Source of the DNA: Nitrospirota bacterium
GTDB lineage: Bacteria; Nitrospirota; UBA9217
Assembly: GCA_963737155.1 (NCBI GenBank)
Contig: CAVTRN010000002.1
Span: 2,464,001 to 2,528,000, forward strand
Reading direction: 5' to 3'
Length of the DNA stretch: 64,000 nucleotides
The translations under genes and the position numbers were made by a program. Shown piece by piece: positions 59,380 to 64,000 of this stretch. How positions within the stretch are numbered: the first letter of the stretch is position 1; each line of letters begins with the position of its first letter. The notes below the pieces were generated by a model. The model searched no databases. It had not been told where the DNA came from and saw only the letters and a list, made by a program, of their open reading frames with translations.

Positions 59380-60366
59380 ATGATGATCACTTCCCTTCAG
59401 GACATCTTAAAAGAATACAAATCCGATATGGAACGGATGGAGCACAGGATCCATGAAAGCCTGGGCACCGATGTCCCCCTCATTCAGCAGGTCAGCAAAT
59501 ACATCCTCGGCGCGGGCGGCAAGCGTTTCCGCCCCCTGCTTCACCTGCTCTCAGCCCGTCTCTGCGGCTACCGCGAGCATAATGCCGAATATGTTCTCGG
59601 GAGCGTGGTGGAATACATCCATACCGCTTCGCTCCTGCATGATGATGTAGTCGATGAAGCGATGATCCGCCGTGGCAGGTCGTCAGCCAACACGCTCTGG
59701 GGCAACCAAGCAAGCATTCTGGTCGGCGACTACCTCTATTCAAAGGCCCTCTACCACGCCGTGCGTCTCCAGATCCAGCGCGTCATGGACGTCCTCTCGG
59801 AAACCACTACGACCATGTCCGAGGGTGAAGTCTTGCAGCTCATGCAGATTCAGAATTCCGACATTACGGAATCCGACTATTTCAGACTTGTGGAATGCAA
59901 GACCGGCGTACTAATCTCGGCATCCTGCCGGCTCGGCGCCATCATCAGCAAGGCTCCGCTCTCACAGGAGGATGCCCTCACCGCCTACGGGAAAAAACTC
60001 GGTCTCGCGTATCAGATCACCGATGATACACTCGATTACGCGGCAGATCAGAAACAGCTCGGCAAAATGCTCGGCAAAGACTTTGCTGAAGGCAAGGTGA
60101 CTCTCCCACTCATATACCTCATGCGGCAGGCAAATGAATCGGAGCAGGAGCACCTCAGAAGCCTTCTCCGGACGGATACTATGACCGACGCCGATCTGAC
60201 TTATACCCTGGCACTCATGGGGGAATACGGCTCCGTCAATGAGGCTCTCTCCATTGCCCAGACCTTATCGGGCGAGGCCAAGACAGCCCTAAACGTGTTC
60301 CCCGATTCCGCACCGCGACAAGCCCTCATGGCCCTTGCAGATTATGTGGTGCAGCGGGAGATGTGA
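59380..60366 (+). CDS. ispB: Long-chain polyprenyl diphosphate synthase (IspB-like)
   Basis: GGKRFRP, ASLLHDDVVD...RRG, GDYL, QITDDTLD, EGKVTLP. Confidence 0.88.
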   Translation: MMITSLQDILKEYKSDMERMEHRIHESLGTDVPLIQQVSKYILGAGGKRFRPLLHLLSARLCGYREHNAEYVLGSVVEYIHTASLLHDDVVDEAMIRRGRSSANTLWGNQASILVGDYLYSKALYHAVRLQIQRVMDVLSETTTTMSEGEVLQLMQIQNSDITESDYFRLVECKTGVLISASCRLGAIISKAPLSQEDALTAYGKKLGLAYQITDDTLDYAADQKQLGKMLGKDFAEGKVTLPLIYLMRQANESEQEHLRSLLRTDTMTDADLTYTLALMGEYGSVNEALSIAQTLSGEAKTALNVFPDSAPRQALMALADYVVQREM

Positions 60367-60878
60367 TGCATCCCCTCGTTAAGCTGGCAAAAGATACCGT
60401 TGAACTTTATGTCAGGGAAGGCAAAATCCTCAAAGTAAATGAGGAAGAGCTACCATCCGAGCTCAGGCAGCGTGCCGGTGTGTTCGTCTGCCTCAAGATA
60501 AAAGGAAATCTTCGCGGCTGTATCGGGACGTTCTCACCCATGGAGCAGACAATTGCCCATGAGACCGTACGGAACGCGATTAGCGCCGCTAAATGCGATC
60601 CGCGGTTCGAATGCGTTCAAGCAAACGAGTTGGACACAATAGAGTATACCGTGGACGTGCTGACCCTCCCGGAAAAGGTAGCCAACAAAAGCCAGCTTGA
60701 TCCTCGGCGGTACGGAGTCATAGTTCAGGCCGGTGGCAGAAGAGGTCTGTTGCTACCCGATCTCGAAGGTGTCGACACAGTCGATTACCAGGTCAGCATC
60801 GCGTTGCAGAAGGCGGGCATATCGCCCGGCACAAGCGTTGAGTTATTCCGGTTTGAAGTAAAACGATACGAACAATAG
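60366..60878 (+). CDS. AMMECR1 domain protein (AmmeMemoRadiSam protein A)
   Basis: GVFV...LRGCIGT, DPRF, GLLLPDLEGV. Confidence 0.9.
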   Translation: MHPLVKLAKDTVELYVREGKILKVNEEELPSELRQRAGVFVCLKIKGNLRGCIGTFSPMEQTIAHETVRNAISAAKCDPRFECVQANELDTIEYTVDVLTLPEKVANKSQLDPRRYGVIVQAGGRRGLLLPDLEGVDTVDYQVSIALQKAGISPGTSVELFRFEVKRYEQ

Positions 60879-61073
60879 TATTTAGGACAGCTCATCGACT
60901 CATTCGAATGCATTTATCTTACCTTTGCATCACGACCTGCCACGGCATGTCCGAAACTGAGCCGAGGAAATCGCATGGCTTCAAAGGGATTCGGACAAGC
61001 CGGAACCAAATCAAAAGCGCATACCCTGTTTTTTTGATACGTAATCATTTACCCAAGGAGGAAGAAAAAATAG

Positions 61074-61409
61074 ATGGAGAGACCGGACAAAGTTGAGAAA
61101 GAAGATACGCAGAAAATAAAGCTCATTTTTCTCTCACTTGCAGTATTAGCGACGATCTTGCTGATTTGGAGTTTATATGCCGCTAACAAGGCCAGAACAG
61201 AGCGGGACTCTGCCAGGCAGGATTTGGAGCAGTTGAAACAGGACAATGCAAAACTCGAAGAGATGGTGAAAGACCAAAACCAGGAAATAGACGCTCTTAA
61301 GAAGCAAGTACAGGAGTGGGAAGCCAAAGCCAAAACAAAGCCTGTGGTCAAGAAAAAGGCTCGAGCCAAAGTCAAGAAAAAGAAGAAGAAGTCAACAAAA
61401 CATTATTAG
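61074..61409 (+). CDS. Hypothetical membrane-anchored coiled-coil protein with Lys-rich tail
   Basis: Single TM, heptad-like region, C-terminal KKKARAKVKKKKKKSTKHY. Confidence 0.65.
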   Translation: MERPDKVEKEDTQKIKLIFLSLAVLATILLIWSLYAANKARTERDSARQDLEQLKQDNAKLEEMVKDQNQEIDALKKQVQEWEAKAKTKPVVKKKARAKVKKKKKKSTKHY

Positions 61410-61527
61410 GCTTTTTTCAACAAGGCAGATAAACCGGTGGGCTGTCGGGAAATGCCACCTTTTTTCTGGTATGCTTCCCGGGTGATATCCTTGCTTGTTC
61501 AACCATTTTCCCGAGAAGGAGTACGCC

Positions 61528-62052
61528 ATGAATAATCAGGCTGTGCGTTCCTACGAGTTCAAAAATGATTATCTGTACGTTGTTATCAGGCAGATGCCTG
61601 AACAAGGCGATCGGACTTATCTGTATTGCTGTGGGATCAACACGACGCGGTTCGATCCGATCTGCTGGGGCAAAACCGGCATCTGTTCGAATCCCGCTTT
61701 CAAGGGACTGCAGCAGATGCGCGCTGACGTCTCAGCCTTTGCGCTGAATAATAGTTTCCAGACCAAGTCGGCTGAGGGCATCGATTGCACCCCGATCACG
61801 CCCCGCGGCCACGGGTGGTACCGCGAGAACATGCTCATTATCGACGCGTCTCCGAAGAATATCAGTGAAACTCTTGAATACAGTGTCTGGGACTTAGTCA
61901 AGACGGTTCTCTATGTCTGTGCACCGGAAGCAAAAGTCCCCGACAAACAGCCGACACCCTCTGAGCTTCAAAAGTGGCTCGACACGTTCAATGTGAAAAA
62001 TTACGTGGCGGCTGCTCCACCTCCGATCGCGAGAGTGCGAGACCAAAAATAA
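61528..62052 (+). CDS. Hypothetical protein
   Basis: SD AAGGAG before ATG 61528; 174-aa ORF co-oriented with neighbours; no recognised motif. Confidence 0.65.
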   Translation: MNNQAVRSYEFKNDYLYVVIRQMPEQGDRTYLYCCGINTTRFDPICWGKTGICSNPAFKGLQQMRADVSAFALNNSFQTKSAEGIDCTPITPRGHGWYRENMLIIDASPKNISETLEYSVWDLVKTVLYVCAPEAKVPDKQPTPSELQKWLDTFNVKNYVAAAPPPIARVRDQK

Positions 62053-62143
62053 GAGATCTTCATCATTTCTCTCATGAAGGATATTCCCCACTGACCAGTC
62101 GGGAATATCCTTCGCGTTTCCAGAGTTTTCCGGGGGCTCTGCC

Positions 62144-63193
62144 ATGTCCTCTCTAGCGCTCATCAAAGACGACCGTTATCTGGAGCACTACGCCGGTGAG
62201 GGCCATCCTGAGAGCCCTAACCGACTCCGCGTGATCCATGACCTGATTAACGCGGAATTCAGCAACCTCCCCCATATACCGCCCCGTCTTGCAACGGAAA
62301 GTGAACTGACCCTCATCCATGACCCGTTCTACATTCAAACGGTGGCAAACACGGAGGGCAAGCTATTCTCACGGCTCGATCCTGACACCGGCCTCTCAGC
62401 CCGGTCTTACGAAATCGCGCGACTCGCGGCAGGCGGTCTCCTTCAGGCCGTAGACACCCTCCTGTCTCATGACCCCGGCCCTCGGACCCCGAAAGCTGTT
62501 TTCGCATTCGTTCGGCCGCCAGGGCACCACGCTGAATCTTCACGAGGCATGGGGTTTTGTATTTTTAATAACGTTGCGATCGCCGCCGAATATGCCAGAG
62601 TAAAGTTCGGCTTAAAGCGTATTCTGATTGTGGACTGGGATCTGCATCACGGAAATGGTACACAGCACGCATTTTACGATAGCCCTTCCGTGCTCTATTT
62701 TTCTTCGCATCAGTATCCCCACTATCCCGGTTCCGGTAGCATCGATGAAATAGGCAGCGGTGCTGGCGAAGGCTTTACTATAAATGCTCCCCTGCCTGCC
62801 GGTTTCGGTGATGCTGAATTCCTCCGTATTTATTCCACCGTCTTGTTGCCAGTCGCGCTGGAGTACAATCCGGATATGGTCCTTGTCTCGGCAGGTTTCG
62901 ATCCTTCAGCCCAGGATCCCTTGGGTGGAATGAAGGTGACCGAGAAAGGTTTCGGTGCGCTGGCCGACATTGTCCAATACATCGCGAAGGCTTCCTGCGC
63001 TGGGAAAATATTAATAACGCTCGAGGGTGGCTACAATCCCGAGGGGTTAAGAAGCGGAGTAAGATCGGTGCTCCGGACACTCCTTAATTGTAATACGTCT
63101 AAAGTTATAGAAAAAATACCAGCAAACGAGGCGGACCGGATTATCGAGCGTATCATCAGCATTCAGAAAAGATATTGGAAAAGTCTCCAATAA
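62144..63193 (+). CDS. Histone deacetylase family (Zn-dependent) protein
   Basis: HPESPNR, RPPGHHA, GFCIFNN, DWDLHHGNGTQ, SAGFD, LEGGY. Confidence 0.95.
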   Translation: MSSLALIKDDRYLEHYAGEGHPESPNRLRVIHDLINAEFSNLPHIPPRLATESELTLIHDPFYIQTVANTEGKLFSRLDPDTGLSARSYEIARLAAGGLLQAVDTLLSHDPGPRTPKAVFAFVRPPGHHAESSRGMGFCIFNNVAIAAEYARVKFGLKRILIVDWDLHHGNGTQHAFYDSPSVLYFSSHQYPHYPGSGSIDEIGSGAGEGFTINAPLPAGFGDAEFLRIYSTVLLPVALEYNPDMVLVSAGFDPSAQDPLGGMKVTEKGFGALADIVQYIAKASCAGKILITLEGGYNPEGLRSGVRSVLRTLLNCNTSKVIEKIPANEADRIIERIISIQKRYWKSLQ

Positions 63194-63280
63194 GAGACCT
63201 ATCAGCCCACTCCCCCGCCGGTGATACGGCACATGTAACGATTGTTGACTTAGCAAGCCTTGTTCTGGTATTATCAACGC

Positions 63281-64000
63281 ATGCCGCAGTTCATTTATAA
63301 AGCAGTGCGAGAAGACGGCACATCGATCAGCAGTGAAGCCATAGCGGCATCGGTCGAGGAACTGCGTCAGGAGCTGGAAAACAAGGGTTATCTCGTACTG
63401 AGCCTCGCTGCGAAAAAAAATCGGTTCGAAAAAAAGGGCGGCAATGAGAAGGACTTCCTCCTTTTTAATCAGGAATTCGTCACACTCATAAAAGCGGGGT
63501 TGCCCATCCTCCAAGCGATAGATCTCTTGTGCAAACGCACCCAAAATCCGCGTTTTCGAATAATCCTCGAAAATATCATCAATGATATCAAGGGCGGCGC
63601 AGCTCTTTCCGATGCTATGGCCCAGCATCCTATGTATTTCCCGCCCCTCTATACGTCCACTGTGCGCGCCGGGGAGAAGAGTGGCGCTATCGTGGACGTG
63701 CTCAAACGGTTTATCGTGTATCAGAAAAGGATGATCGCTGTGATGAGCAAACTGAAAATGGCGCTCGCTTACCCCATTTTCCTCGTCTTTGCCCTTCTCG
63801 GTGTTCTTACGCTTTTTTTCCTTTATATTATCCCGAACTTCATGAAGATGTACAGCGATCAGGGCAGCAAACTCCCGTTCCTGACCATGATGCTGATGTC
63901 ATTCACTACGTTCGTAACGCATGCCGCGCCTTTCATCCTGGCAGGTTTGGTTGCCGCGGGCTTTGGCCTCGCGATGTGGAAAAAAACGGACGCGGGGCGG
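63281..64000 (+). CDS. pilC: Type II secretion F / type IV pilus platform protein PilC; runs off window end
   Basis: Not in ORF track. MPQFIYKAV...LFNQEFVTLIKAGLPIL...GAALSDAM...AGEKSG...ALAYP...IIPNF. Confidence 0.88.
   Translation, partial: MPQFIYKAVREDGTSISSEAIAASVEELRQELENKGYLVLSLAAKKNRFEKKGGNEKDFLLFNQEFVTLIKAGLPILQAIDLLCKRTQNPRFRIILENIINDIKGGAALSDAMAQHPMYFPPLYTSTVRAGEKSGAIVDVLKRFIVYQKRMIAVMSKLKMALAYPIFLVFALLGVLTLFFLYIIPNFMKMYSDQGSKLPFLTMMLMSFTTFVTHAAPFILAGLVAAGFGLAMWKKTDAGR

Noticed and set aside
61074-63193. HDAC acting on Lys-rich proteins as a bacterial chromatin system
   Set aside because: Only proximity to one Lys-tailed membrane protein; the micropeptides are 30 kb away and bacterial HDAC homologs have diverse substrates
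1-64000. CRISPR array, rRNA, oriC, selenoprotein/pyrrolysine recoding
   Set aside because: No regularly spaced repeats, rRNA signatures, DnaA-box cluster or in-frame stop at a catalytic position noticed by eye

Overview
Bacterial chromosomal window (~50% GC). Gene content and order (hemL-atpZ-atpI, Cbc-like multiheme complexes, A2-type caa3-like oxidase) suggest a Nitrospirota or Desulfobacterota-like organism; this is an inference. Contents from left to right: ParE/GyrB N-terminus; a form IV RuBisCO-like protein with an atypical fused transketolase; monocarboxylate/acetate uptake and activation genes (MctP-like, SatP, Acs); a ~10 kb respiratory island (c7-type triheme, 11-heme NapC-like cytochrome, Rieske/cyt b/pentaheme c, and two tandem tetraheme c/4Fe-4S/NrfD modules; 27 CxxCH motifs in total); atpZ-atpI without atpB/atpE; frameshifted hemL; mobB, tatA/C, queF, GH57, ftsB; an HTH-nucleotidyltransferase/HEPN pair in which both catalytic motifs are replaced, followed by two unannotated 18-20 aa Lys-rich ORFs; rhlB; fadD-fadI-fadJ; ferredoxin, CBS protein with a structured leader, HD-GYP, DUF5714-like; sco-cox operon; purMN; tRNA-Ala(CGC); frameshifted LpoA/LppC-like lipoprotein; S2P protease, trpS, polyprenyl synthase, AMMECR1, HDAC, pilC. 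Relics include a group IIC intron 5' fragment after a terminator, IS200/IS605 ends, and degP and histidine-kinase remnants. No CRISPR array or rRNA seen. Best candidates for undescribed systems: the catalytically dead MNT-HEPN plus Lys-rich micropeptide locus, the RLP-transketolase pair, and the riboswitch-like CBS leader. All alignments were done by eye, without database searches.
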